Assembly (NCBI GenBank): GCA_048772705.1
Contig: JBLWGC010000194.1
Coordinates: 62,001 to 126,000, forward strand
From: Leidyana gryllorum EB-2025a
Taxonomy: Eukaryota; Protista; Apicomplexa
Direction of reading: 5' to 3'
DNA: 64,000 bases
Both the position numbers and the translations under genes were made by a program. A model generated the notes under the pieces. That model was not told the origin of the DNA and did not search any database. It saw nothing but the letters and a program-made list of their open reading frames with translations. Numbering within the stretch: the first letter of the stretch is position 1; each line of letters begins with the position of its first letter. Shown here piece after piece: positions 1-13,600 of the stretch.

Positions 1-1622
1 TAGTGGTAGTGGTAGTGGTAGTGATGGGTGGCTGAACAATACCGCTGCTGGTCGGTCCTTCGACTTCAGTTGTAGAGCCTTCGACGCCAGAACCAGTGGT
101 AGTGGTAGTGATAGGCGGCTGAACAATACCGCTGCTGGTCGGTCCTTCGACTTCAGTGGTGGAGACTTCGATGTCAGAACCAGTGGTAGTGGTAGTGGTA
201 GTGGTAGTGATGGGCGGCTGAACAATACCGCTGCTGGTCGGTCCTTCGACTTCAGTTGTAGAGCCTTCGACGCCAGAACCAGTGGTAGTGGTAGTGATAG
301 GCGGCTGTACAATACCGCTGCTGGTCGGTCCTTCGACTTCAGTGGTGGAGCCTTCGACATCAGAACCAGTGGTAGTGATAGGTGGCTGTACAATACCGCT
401 GCTGGTCGGTCCTTCGACTTCAGTGGTGGAGCCTTCGACGACAGATGCAGTGGTAGTGATGGGTGGCTGTACAATACCGCTGCTGGTCGGTCCTTCGACT
501 TCAGTGGTGGAGCCTTCGACGACAGATGCAGTGGTAGTGATGGGTGGCTGAACGATACCGCTGCTGGTCGGTCCTTCGACTTCAGTGGTGGAGCCTTCGA
601 CATCAGAACCAGTGGTAGTGATGGGTGGCTGTACAATACCGCTGCTGGTCGGTCCTTCGACTTCAGTGGTGGAGCCTTCGACATCAGAACCAGTGGTAGT
701 GATAGGTGGCTGAACGATACCGCTGCTGGTCGGTCCTTCCACTTCAGTGGTGGAGCCTTCGACGACAGATGCAGTGCTAGTGATGGGTGGCTGAACGATA
801 GCGCTGCTGGTCGGTCCTTCGACTTCAGTGGTGGAGCCTTCGACATCAGAACCAGTGGTAGTGATGGGTGGCTGTACAATACCGCTGCTGGTCGGTCCTT
901 CGACTTCAGTGGTGGAGCCTTCGACATCAGAACCAGTGGTAGTGATAGGTGGCTGTACAATACCGCTGCTGGTCGGTCCTTCGACTTCAGTGGTGGAGCC
1001 TTCGACATCAGAACCAGTGGTAGTGATAGGTGGCTGTACAATACCGCTGCTGGTCGGTCCTTCGACTTCAGTGGTGGAGCCTTCGACGACAGATGCAGTG
1101 GTAGTGATGGGTGGCTGTACAATACCGCTGCTGGTCGGTCCTTCGACTTCAGTGGTGGAGCCTTCGACATCAGAACCAGTGGTAGTGATGGGTGGCTGTA
1201 CAATACCGCTGCTGGTCGGTCCTTCGACTTCAGTGGTGGAGCCTTCGACATCAGAACCAGTGGTAGTGATAGGTGGCTGTACAATACCGCTGCTGGTCGG
1301 TCCTTCGACTTCAGTGGTGGAGCCTTCGACGACAGATGCAGTGGTAGTGATGGGTGGCTGTACAATACCGCTGCTGGTCGGTCCTTCGACTTCAGTGGTG
1401 GAGCCTTCGACGACAGATGCAGTGGTAGTGATGGGTGGCTGAACGATACCGCTGCTGGTCGGTCCTTCGACTTCAGTGGTGGAGCCTTCGACATCAGAAC
1501 CAGTGGTAGTGATGGGTGGCTGTACAATACCGCTGCTGGTCGGTCCTTCGACTTCAGTGGTGGAGCCTTCGACATCAGAACCAGTGGTAGTGATGGGTGG
1601 CTGAACGATACCGCTGCTGGTC
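1..1622 (-). repeat. Mucin repeat block D: 81-bp (27-aa) units TEVEGPTSSGIVQPPITTT(GSD/ASV)VEGST, with poly-Thr expansions near the window start
   Basis: 81-bp period (e.g. tgggtggctg at 541 and 622); gtggta runs at 1-25 and 182-210 encode poly-Thr. Confidence 0.95.
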
Positions 1623-4600
1623 GCTTCCGGATTGGTGGTCGAGGCTCCCGTGACCATTGTGGTGGCAGGAGACTGGACAACACCAGAGGTAGCGATACTT
1701 TCGCCTGTTTCCAAACTATCTGTCGAGAAGAGTTGGACAGTTCCCACAGGAGTTGCCTCGCCCGCCGTGGAAGTGATACCTGTGTGATCCTCATCTGGCT
1801 CTGAAGAGGCTGTCAAGAGCAGAGTAGTGGTCGAGCTCTCTAATTCAGTACTGAGGGTTAGCGATATGTCAGTGGTGCTATCAGATCCCACTTCCGACGA
1901 AGTCCAGTCTGATTTTGGGCGAGTGGTAGTGACTGGTGGCTGAATCTCAGCGGTGCTGGTGGTAGACTCGACCTCAGTGCCAGAGGCGGTGGACTCAGAG
2001 GCAGTGGTGGAGACACCAGTTGCAGTACCAGAGGCGGTGGACTCAGAGGCAGGAGTGGTCGGTGTGGTAGTGACTGGTGGCTGAATCTCAGCGGTGCTGG
2101 TGGTAGACTCGACCTCAGTGCCAGAGGCGGTGGACTCAGAGGCAGGAGTGGTCGGTGTGGTAGTGACTGGTGGCTGGATCTCAGCGGTGCTGGTGGTAGT
2201 CTCCTCGGTCACGACCTGTTCGGTACCCACAGGAGTAACTATCGGTTCCTCTGTACTCGCAACTGTAGACTCAGAGGCAGTGGTAGCAACAACAGTAGCG
2301 GTCGAAGTGCCAGTGGACTCAGAGGCAGTGGTGGAGACGGCAGTTGCAGTCGAAGTGCCAGTGGACTCAGGGGCAGTGGTGGTCGGTGTGGTAGTGATTG
2401 GTGGCTGAATCTCAGCGGTGCTGGTAGTAGACTCGACCTCAGTGCCAGAGGCGGTGGACTCAGAGGCAGGAGTGGTCGGTGTGGTAGTGACTGGTGGCTG
2501 GACCTCAGCGGTGCTGGTGGTAGACTCGACCTCAGTACCAGAGGCGGTGGACTCCGAGGCAGTGGTGGTGACACCAGTAGCGATCGAAGTGCCAGTGGAC
2601 TCAGAGGCAGTGGTGGTCGGTGTGGTAGTGACTGGTGGCTGAATCTCAGCGGTGCTGGTGGTAGTCTCCTCGGTCACGACCTGTTCGGTACCCACAGGAG
2701 TAACTATCGGTTCCTCTGTACTCGCAACTGTAGACTCAGAGGCAGTGGTAGCAACAACAGTAGCGGTCGAAGTGCCAGTGGACTCAGAGGCAGTGGTGGA
2801 GACGGCAGTTGCAGTCGAAGTGCCAGGGGACTCAGAGGCAGTGGTGGAGACACCAGTTGCAGTCGAAGTGCCAGTGGACTCAGAGGCAGTGGTGGAGACG
2901 GCAGTTGCAGTCGAAGTGCCAGTGGACTCAGAGGCAGTGGTGGTCGGTGTGGTAGTGACTGGTGGCTGAATCTCAGCGGTGCTGGTGGTAGACTCGACCT
3001 CAGTGCCAGAGGCGGTGGACTCAGAGGCAGTGGTGGAGACACCAGTTGCAGTCGAAGTGCCAGTGGACTCAGAGGCAGTGGTGGAGACACCAGTTGCAGT
3101 CGAAGTGCCAGTGGACTCAGAGGCAGTGGTGGAGACACCAGTTGCAGTCGAAGTGCCAGTGGACTCAGAGGCAGTGGTGGAGACGGCAGTTGCAGTCGAA
3201 GTGCCAGTGGACTCAGAGGCAGTGGTGGAGACGGCAGTTGCAGTCGAAGTGCCAGTGGACTCAGAGGCAGTGGTGGTCGGTGTGGTAGTGACTGGTGGCT
3301 GAATCTCAGCGGTGCTGGTAGTAGACTCGATCTCAGTGCCAGAGGCGGTGGACTCAGAGGCAGTGGTAGTCGGTGTGGTAGTGACTGGTGGCTGAATCTC
3401 AGCGGTGCTGGTGGTAGACTCGACCTCAGTGCCAGAGGCGGTGGACTCAGAGGCAATGGTGGTGACACCAGTAGCGATCGAAGTGCCAGTGGACTCAGAG
3501 GCAGTGGTGGTCGGTGTGGTAGTGACTGGTGGCTGGATCTCAGCACTGCTGGTGGTAGTCTCCTCGGTCAAGACCTGTTCGGTACCCACAGGAGTAACTA
3601 TCGGTTCCTCTGTACTCGCAACTGTAGACTCAGAGGCAGTGGTAGCAACAACAGTAGCGGTCGAAGTGCCAGTGGACTCAGAGGCAGTGGTGGAGACGGC
3701 AGTTGCACTCGAAGTGCCAGTGGACTCAGGGGCAGTGGTGGTCGGTGTGGTAGTGACTGGTGGCTGAATCTCAGCGGTGCTGGTGGTAGACTCGACCTCA
3801 GTGCCAGAGGCGGTGGACTCAGAGGCAGGAGTGGTCGGTGTGGTAGTGACTGGTGGCTGGATCTCAGCGGTGCTGGTGGTAGTCTCCTCGGTCACGACCT
3901 GTTCAGTACCCACAGGAGTAACTATCGGTTCCTCTGTACTCGCAACTGTAGACTCAGAGGCAGTGGTAGCAACAACAGTAGCGGTCGAAGTGCCAGTGTA
4001 CTCAGAGGCAGTGGTGGAGACGGCAGTTGCAGTCGAAGTGCCAGTGGACTCAGAGGCAGTGGTGGAGACGGCAGTTGCAGTCGAAGTGCCAGTGGACTCA
4101 GAGGCAGTGGTGGAGACGGCAGTTGCAGTCGAAGTGCCAGTGGACTCAGGGGCAGTGGTGGTCGGTGTGGTAGTGACTGGTGGCTGAATCTCAGCGGTGC
4201 TGGTAGTAGACTCGATCTCAGTGCCAGAGGCGGTGGACTCAGAGGCAGTGGTAGTCGGTGTGGTAGTGACTGGTGGCTGAATCTCAGCGGTGCTGGTGGT
4301 AGACTCGACCTCAGTGCCAGAGGCGGTGGACTCAGAGGCAGGAGTGGTCGGTGTGGTAGTGACTGGTGGCTGGATCTCAGCGGTGCTGGTGGTAGTCTCC
4401 TCGGTCACGACCTGTTCGGTACCCACAGGAGTAACTATCGGTTCCTCTGTACTCGCAACTGTAGACTCAGAGGCAGTGGTAGCAACAACAGTAGCGGTCG
4501 AAGTGCCAGTGGACTCAGAGGCAGTGGTGGAGACGGCAGTTGCAGTCGAAGTGCCAGTGGACTCAGGGGCAGTGGTGGTCGGTGTGGTAGTGACTGGTGG

Positions 4601-7600
4601 CTGAATCTCAGCGGTGCTGGTGGTAGACTCGACCTCAGTGCCAGAGGCGGTGGACTCAGAGGCAGTGGTAGTCGGTGTGGTAGTGACTGGTGGCTGAATC
4701 TCAGCGGTGCTGGTAGTAGACTCGATCTCAGTGCCAGAGGCGGTGGACTCAGAGGCAGTGGTAGTCGGTGTGGTAGTGACTGGTGGCTGGATCTCAGCGG
4801 TGCTGGTGGTAGTCTCCTCGGTCACGACCTGTTCGGTACCCACAGGAGTAACTATCGGTTCCTCTGTACTCGCAACTGTAGACTCAGAGGCAGTGGTAGC
4901 AACAACAGTAGCGGTCGAAGTGCCAGTGGACTCAGAGGCAGTGGTGGAGACGGCAGTTGCAGTCGAAGTGCCAGTGGACTCAGGGGCAGTGGTGGTCGGT
5001 GTGGTAGTGACTGGTGGCTGAATCTCAGCGGTGCTGGTGGTAGACTCGACCTCAGTGCCAGAGGCGGTGGACTCAGAGGCAGTGGTAGTCGGTGTGGTAG
5101 TGACTGGTGGCTGAATCTCAGCGGTGCTGGTAGTAGACTCGATCTCAGTGCCAGAGGCGGTGGACTCAGAGGCAGTGGTAGTCGGTGTGGTAGTGACTGG
5201 TGGCTGAATCTCAGCGGTGCTGGTGGTAGACTCGACCTCAGTGCCAGAGGCGGTGGACTCAGAGGCAGGAGTGGTCGGTGTGGTAGTGACTGGTGGCTGG
5301 ATCTCAGCGGTGCTGGTGGTAGTCTCCTCGGTCACGACCTGTTCGGTACCCACAGGAGTAACTATCGGTTCCTCTGTACTCGCAACTGTAGACTCAGAGG
5401 CAGTGGTAGCAACAACAGTAGCGGTCGAAGTGCCAGTGGACTCAGAGGCAGTGGTGGAGACGGCAGTTGCAGTCGAAGTGCCAGTGGACTCAGGGGCAGT
5501 GGTGGTCGGTGTGGTAGTGACTGGTGGCTGAATCTCAGCGGTGCTGGTGGTAGTCTCCTCGGTCACGATCTGTTCGGTACCCACAGGAGTAACTATCGGT
5601 TCCTCTGTACTCGCAACTGTAGACTCAGAGGCAGTGGTAGCAACAACAGTAGCGGTCGAAGTGCCAGTGGACTCCGAGGCAGTGGTGGTGACACCAGTAG
5701 CGATCGAAGTGCCAGTGTACTCAGAGGCAGTGGTGGAGACGGCAGTTGCAGTCGAAGTGCCAGTGGACTCAGGGGCAGTGGTGGTCGGTGTGGTAGTGAC
5801 TGGTGGCTGAATCTCAGCGGTGCTGGTAGTAGACTCGACCTCAGTGCCAGAGGCGGTGGACTCAGAGGCAGTGGTAGTCGGTGTGGTAGTGACTGGTGGC
5901 TGGATCTCAGCGGTGCTGGTGGTAGACTCGACCTCAGTGCCAGAGGCGGTGGACTGAGAGGCAGTGGTAGTGACACCAGTAGCGATCGAAGTGCCAGTGG
6001 ACTCCGAGGCAGTGGTGGTGACACCAGTAGCGGTCGAAGTGCCAGTGGACTCAGAGGCAGTGGTGGAGACGGCAGTTGCAGTCGAAGTGCCAGGGGACTC
6101 AGGGGCAGTGGTGGTCGGTGTGGTAGTGACTGGTGGCTGAATCTCAGCGGTGCTGGTGGTAGACTCGACCTCAGTGCCAGAGGCGGTGGACTCAGAGGCA
6201 GTGGTAGTCGGTGTGGTAGTGACTGGTGGCTGGATCTCAGCGGTGCTGGTGGTAGTCTCCTCGGTCACGACCTGTTCGGTACCCACAGGAGTAACTATCG
6301 GTTCCTCTGTACTCGCAACTGTAGACTCAGAGGCAGTGGTAGCAACAACAGTAGCGGTCGAAGTGCCAGTGGACTCAGAGGCAGTGGTGGAGACGGCAGT
6401 TGCAGTCGAAGTGCCAGGGGACTCAGAGGCAGTGGTGGTCGGTGTGGTAGTGACTGGTGGCTGAATCTCAGCGGTGCTGGTGGTAGACTCGACCTCAGTA
6501 CCAGAGGCGGTTGACTGAGAGGCAGTGGTAGTGACACCAGTAGCGATCGAAGTGCCGGTGGACTCCGAGGCAGTGGTGGAGACGGCAGTTGCAGTCGAAG
6601 TGCCAGTGGACTCCGAGGCAGTGGTGGTGACACCGGTAGCGATCGAAGTGCCAGTGGACTCAGAGGCAGTGGTGGTCGGGGTGGTAGTGACAGGTGGCTG
6701 GATCTCGACTGTGCTAGTGGTAGTCTCCTCGGTCACGACCTGTTCAGTACCCACAGGAGTGACTATTGGTTCCTCTGTGCTCGAAACGGCAGACTCAGAG
6801 GCAGTGGTGGTGACACCGGTAGCGATCGAAGTGCCGGTGGACTCAGAGGCAGTGGTAGAGACACCAGTAGCGATCGAAGTGCCAGTGGACTCAGAGGCAG
6901 TAGTGGTCGGGGTGGTAGTGACAGGTGGCTGGATCTCGACTGTGCTAGTGGTAGTCTCCTCGGTCACGATCTGTTCGGTACCCACAGGAGTAACTATCGG
7001 TTCCTCTGTACTCGCAACTGTAGACTCAGAGGCAGTGGTAGTGACACCAGTAGCGATCGAAGTGCCAGTGGACTCAGAGGCAGTGGTAGTGACACCAGTA
7101 GCGATCGAAGTGCCAGTGGACTCAGAGGCAGTGGTAGAGACACCAGTAGCGATCGAAGTGCCAGTGGACTCAGAGGCAGTGGTGGTGACACCGGTAGCGA
7201 TCGAAGTGCCAGTGGACTCAGAGGCAGTGGTGGTGACACCGGTAGCGATCGAAGTGCCAGTGGACTCAGAGGTAGTGGTAGAGACACCAGTAGCGATCGA
7301 AGTGCCAGTGGACTCAGAGGCAGTGGTAGTGACACCAGTAGCGATCGAAGTGCCAGTGGACTCAGAGGCAGTGGTAGTGACACCAGTAGCGATCGAAGTG
7401 CCAGTGGACTCAGAGGCAGTGGTAGTGACACCGGTAGCGATCGAAGTGCCAGTGGACTCAGAGGCAGTGGTGGTGACACCGGTAGCGCTCGAAGTGCCAG
7501 TGGACTCAGAGGCAGTAGTGGTCGGGGTGGTAGTGACAGGTGGCTGGATCTCGACTGTGCTAGTGGTAGACTCAGCTTCGGAGGTGGACTCCGAGGCAGT

Positions 7601-10600
7601 GGTGGTGACACCAGTAGCGATCGAAGTGCCAGTGGACTCAGAGGCAGTGGTAGTGACACCAGTTGCAATCGAAGTGCCAGTGGGCTCAGAGGCAGTAGTG
7701 GTCGGGGTGGTAGTGACAGGTGGCTGGATCTCGACTGTGCTAGTGGTAGTCTCCTCGGTCACGACCTGTTCAGTACCCACAGGAGTGACTATTGGTTCCT
7801 CTGTGCTCGAAACGGCAGACTCAGAGGCAGTGGTGGTGACACCGGTAGCGATCGAAGTGCCAGTGGACTCAGAGGCAGTGGTAGAGACACCAGTAGCGAT
7901 CGAAGTGCCAGTGGACTCAGAGGCAGTAGTGGAGACACCAGTAGCGATCGAAGTGCCAGTGGACTCAGAGGCAGTGGTAGTGACACCGGTAGCGGTCGAA
8001 GTGCCAGTGTACTCAGAGGCAGTGGTGGTCGGTGTGGTAGTGACTGGTGGCTGGATCTCAGCGGTGCTGGTGGTAGACTCGACCTCAGTACCAGAGGCGG
8101 TTGACTGAGAGGCAGTGGTAGTGACACCAGTAGCGATCGAAGTGCCGGTGGACTCCGAGGCAGTGGTGGAGACGGCAGTTGCAGTCGAAGTGCCAGTGGA
8201 CTCAGAGGCAGTGGTGGAGACGGCAGTTGCAGTCGAAGTGCCAGTGGACTCAGAGGCAGTGGTGGAGACGGCAGTTGCAGTCGAAGTGCCAGTGGACTCA
8301 GGGGCAGTGGTGGAGACGGCAGTTGCAGTCGAAGTGCCAGTGGACTCAGGGGCAGTGGTGGTCGGTGTGGTAGTGACTGGTGGCTGGATCTCAGCGGTGC
8401 TGGTGGTAGACTCGACCTCAGTACCAGAGGCGGTGGACTCAGAGGCAGTGGTGGAGACACCAGTTGCAGTCGGAGTGCCAGTGGACTCAGAGGCAGTCGT
8501 GGAGACGCCAGTAGCGATCGAAGTGCCAGTGGACTCAGAGGCAGTGGTAGTGACGCCGGTAGCGATCGAAGTGCCAGTGGACTCAGAGGCAGTGGTAGTG
8601 ACACCAGTAGCGATCGAAGTGCCAGTGGACTCAGAGGCAGTGGTAGTGACACCAGTAGCGATCGAAGTGCCAGTGGACTCAGAGGCAGTGGTAGAGACAC
8701 CAGTAGCGATCGAAGTGCCAGTGGACTCAGAGGCAGTGGTAGTGACACCGGTAGCGATCGAAGTGCCAGTGGACTCAGAGGCAGTGGTGGTGACACCAGT
8801 AGCGATCGAAGTGCCAGTGGACTCAGAGGCAGTGGTAGAGACACCAGTAGCGATCGAAGTGCCAGTGGACTCAGAGGCAGTGGTAGAGACACCAGTAGCG
8901 ATCGAAGTGCCAGTGGACTCAGAGGCAGTAGTGGTGACGGGGTGCCAGTAGCGATCTCGAAGTGCCAGTGGACTCAGAGGCAGTGGTAGTGACACCAGTA
9001 GCGATCGAAGTGCCAGTGGACTCAGAGGCAGTGGTGGTGACACCGGTAGCGATCGAAGTGCCAGTGGACTCAGAGGAGTAGTGGAGACGCCAGTAGCGAT
9101 CGAAGTGCCAGTGGACTCAGAGGCAGTGGTAGTGACACCGGTAGCGATCGAAGTGCCAGTGGACTCAGAGGCAGTGGTGGTGACACCGGTAGCGATCGAA
9201 GTGCCAGTGGACTCAGAGGCAGTGGTGGTGACACCAGTAGCGATCGAAGTGCCAGTGGACTCAGAGGCAGTGGTGGAGACACCAGTAGCGATCGAAGTGC
9301 CAGTGGACTCAGAGGCAGTGGTGGTGACACCAGTAGCGATCGAAGTGCCAGTGGACTCAGAGGCAGTGGTGGTGACACCAGTAGCGATCGAAGTGCCAGT
9401 GGACTCAGAGGCAGTAGTGGAGACGCCAGTAGCGATCGAAGTGCCAGTGGACTCAGAGGCAGTAGTGGTCGGGGTGGTAGTGACAGGTGGCTGGATCTCG
9501 ACTGTGCTAGTGGTAGTCTCCTCGGTCACGACCTGTTCAGTACCCACAGGAGTGACTATTGGTTCCTCTGTGCTCGAAACGGCAGACTCAGAGGCAGTGG
9601 TGGTGACACCGGTAGCGATCGAAGTGCCAGTGGACTCAGAGGCAGTAGTGGAGACGCCAGTAGCGATCGAAGTGCCAGTGGACTCAGAGGCAGTGGTAGA
9701 GACACCAGTAGCGATCGAAGTGCCAGTGGACTCAGAGGCAGTGGTGGTGACACCGGTAGCGATCGAAGTGCCAGTGGACTCAGAGGCAGTGGTGGTCGAC
9801 ACCAGTAGCGATCGAAGTGCCAGTGGACTCAGAGGCAGTGGTGGTCGACACCAGTAGCGATCGAAGTGCCAGTGGACTCAGAGGCAGTAGTGGTCGGGGT
9901 GGTAGTGACAGGTGGCGGTGGACTCTCGAGGCAGTGGTAGACGACCAGTTCAGTCGAAGTGCCAGTGGACTCAGAGGCAGTGGTGGTGACACCAGTAGCG
10001 ATCGAAGTGCCAGTGGACTCAGAGGCAGTGGTAGAGACACCAGTAGCGATCGAAGTGCCAGTGGACTCAGAGGCAGTGGTGGTGACACCGGTAGCGATCG
10101 AAGTGCCAGTGGACTCAGAGGCAGTGGTGGTGACGCCAGTAGCGATCGAAGTGCCAGTGGACTCAGAGGCAGTAGTGGTCGGGGTGGTAGTGACAGGTGG
10201 CTGGATCTCGACTGTGCTAGTGGTAGTCTCCTCGGTCACGACCTGTTCAGTACCCACAGGAGTGACTATTGGTTCCTCTGTGCTCGAAACGGCAGACTCA
10301 GAGGCAGTGGTGGTGACACCGGTAGCGATCGAAGTGCCAGTGGACTCAGAGGCAGTGGTGGAGACACCAGTTGCAGTCGAAGTGCCAGTGGACTCAGAGG
10401 CAGTGGTGGAGACACCAGTTGCAGTCGAAGTGCCAGTGGACTCAGAGGCAGTGGTGGTGACACCAGTAGCGATCGAAGTGCCAGTGGACTCCGAGGCAGT
10501 GGTGGTGACACCAGTAGCGATCGAAGTGCCAGTGGACTCAGAGGCAGTGGTAGAGACACCAGTAGCGATCGAAGTGCCAGTGGACTCAGAGGCAGTAGTA

Positions 10601-13600
10601 GTGACACCGGTAGCGATCGAAGTGCCAGTGGACTCAGAGGCAGTAGTGGTGACACCAGTAGCGATCGAAGTGCCAGTGGACTCCGAGGCAGTGGTGGTGA
10701 CACCAGTAGCGATCGAAGTGCCAGTGGACTCAGAGGCAGTGGTGGTGCACGGTAGTGGAGTGACCAGGTAGCTGGATCTCGACTGTGCTGGTGGTGCCGG
10801 AGGTGGACTCAGAGGCAGTGGTAGTGACACCAGTAGCGATCGAAGTGCCAGTGGACTCAGAGGCAGTAGTGGTCGGGGTGGTAGTGACAGGTGGCTGGAT
10901 CTCGACTGTGCTAGTGGTAGTCTCCTCGGTCACGACCTGTTCAGTACCCACAGGAGTGACTATTGGTTCCTCTGTGCTCGAAACGGCAGACTCAGAGGCA
11001 GTGGTGGTGACACCGGTAGCGATCGAAGTGCCAGTGGACTCAGAGGCAGTGGTAGTGACACCAGTAGCGATCGAAGTGCCAGTGGACTCAGAGGCAGTGG
11101 TAGTGACACCAGTAGCGATCGAAGTGCCAGTGGACTCAGAGGCAGTGGTGGTGACACCGGTAGCGATCGAAGTGCCAGTGGACTCAGAGGCAGTGGTGGT
11201 GACACCGGTAGCGATCGAAGTGCCAGTGGACTCAGAGGCAGTAGTGGAGACGCCAGTAGCGATCGAAGTGCCAGTGGACTCCGAGGCAGTGGTGGTGACA
11301 CCGGTAGCGATCGAAGTGCCAGTGGACTCAGAGGCAGTGGTGGTGACACCGGTAGCGATCGAAGTGCCAGTGGACTCAGAGGCAGTGGTGGTGACACCGG
11401 TAGCGATCGAAGTGCCAGTGGACTCAGAGGCAGTGGTAGTGACACCAGTTGCAATCGAAGTGCCAGTGGACTCAGAGGCAGTAGTGGTCGGGGTGGTAGT
11501 GACAGGTGGCTGGATCTCGACTGTGCTAGTGGTAGTCTCCTCGGTCACGACCTGTTCAGTACCCACAGGAGTGACTATTGGTTCCTCTGTGCTCGAAACG
11601 GCAGACTCAGAGGCAGTGGTGGTGACACCAGTAGCGATCCAAGTGCCAGTGGACTCAGAGGCAGTGGTAGTGACACCGGTAGCGATCGAAGTGCCAGTGG
11701 ACTCAGAGGCAGTGGTGGTGACACCGGTAGCGCTCGAAGTGCCAGTGGACTCAGAGGCAGTAGTGGAGACACCAGTAGCGATCGAAGTGCCAGTGGACTC
11801 AGAGGCAGTGGTAGAGGCAGTGGAGGCAGTGGTAGTGACACCGGTAGCGATCGAAGTGCCAGTGGACTCAGAGGCAGTGGTGGTGACACCGGTAGCGATC
11901 GAAGTGCCAGTGGACTCAGAGGCAGTGGTAGAGACACCAGTAGCGATCGAAGTGCCAGTGGACTCAGAGGCAGTAGTAGTGACACCGGTAGCGATCGAAG
12001 TGCCAGTGGACTCAGAGGCAGTAGTGGTCGGGGTGGTAGTGACAGGTGGCTGGATCTCGACTGTGCTAGTGGTAGTCTCCTCGGTCACGACCTGTTCAGT
12101 ACCCACAGGAGTGACTATTGGTTCCTCTGTGCTCGAAACGGCAGACTCAGAGGCAGTGGTGGTGACACCGGTAGCGATCGAAGTGCCAGTGGACTCAGAG
12201 GCAGTGGTAGTGACACCGGTAGCGATCGAAGTGCCAGTGGACTCAGAGGCAGTGGTGGTGACACCGGTAGCGATCGAAGTGCCAGTGGACTCAGAGGCAG
12301 TAGTGGTCGGGGTGGTAGTGACAGGTGGCTGGATCTCGACTGTGCTAGTGGTAGACTCAGCTTCGGAGGTGGACTCAGAGGCAGTGGTGGTGACACCAGT
12401 AGCGATCGAAGTGCCAGTGGACTCAGAGGCAGTGGTGGTGACACCGGTAGCGATCGAAGTGCCAGTGGACTCAGAGGCAGTAGTGGAGACACCAGTAGCG
12501 ATCGAAGTGCCAGTGGACTCCGAGGCAGTGGTAGTGACACCGGTAGCGATCGAAGTGCCAGTGGACTCAGAGGCAGTGGTGGTGACACCGGTAGCGATCG
12601 AAGTGCCAGTGGACTCAGAGGCAGTGGTGGTGACACCGGTAGCGATCGAAGTGCCAGTGGACTCAAAGGCAGTAGTCGAGACGCCAGTAGCGATCGAAGT
12701 GCCAGTGGGCTCAGAGGCAGTAGTGGTCGGGGTGGTAGTCGGGGTGGTAGTGACAGGTGGCTGGATCTCGACTGTGCTAGTGGTAGACTCAGCTTCGGAG
12801 GTGGACTCAGAGGCAGTGGTAGTGACACCAGTAGCGGTCGAAGTGCCAGTGGACTCAGAGGCAGTAGTGGAGACGCCAGTAGCGATCGAAGTGCCAGTGG
12901 ACTCAGAGGCAGTGGTAGTGACACCAGTAGCGATCGAAGTGCCAGTGGACTCAGAGGCAGTAGTGGTCGGGGTGGTAGTGACAGGTGGCTGGATCTCGAC
13001 TGTGTAGTGGTAGACCTAGCGATCGAAGTGCCAGTGGACTCAGAGGCAGTGGTGGTCGGTGTGGTAGTGACTGGTGGCTGGACCTCAGCGGTGCTGGTGG
13101 TAGACTCGACCTCAGTACCAGAGGCGGTGGACTCCGAGGCAGTGGTGGTGACACCAGTAGCGATCGAAGTGCCAGTGGACTCAGAGGCAGTAGTGGAGAC
13201 GCCAGTAGCGGTCGAAGTGCCAGTGTACTCAGAGGCAGTGGTAGAGACGGCAGTTGCAGTCGAAGTGCCAGTGGACTCAGAGGCAGTGGTAGAGACACCA
13301 GTAGCGATCGAAGTGCCAGTGGACTCAGAGGCAGTAGTGGTCGGGGTGGTAGTGACAGGTGGCTGGATCTCGACTGTGCTAGTGGTAGACTCAGCTTCGG
13401 AGGTGGACTCAGAGGCAGTGGTAGTGACACCAGTAGCGGTCGAAGTGCCAGTGGACTCAGAGGCAGTAGTGGAGACGCCAGTAGCGATCGAAGTGCCGGT
13501 GGACTCAGAGGCAGTGGTAGAGACACCAGTAGCGATCGAAGTGCCAGTGGACTCAGAGGCAGTAGTGGAGACGCCAGTAGCGATCGAAGTGCCAGTGGAC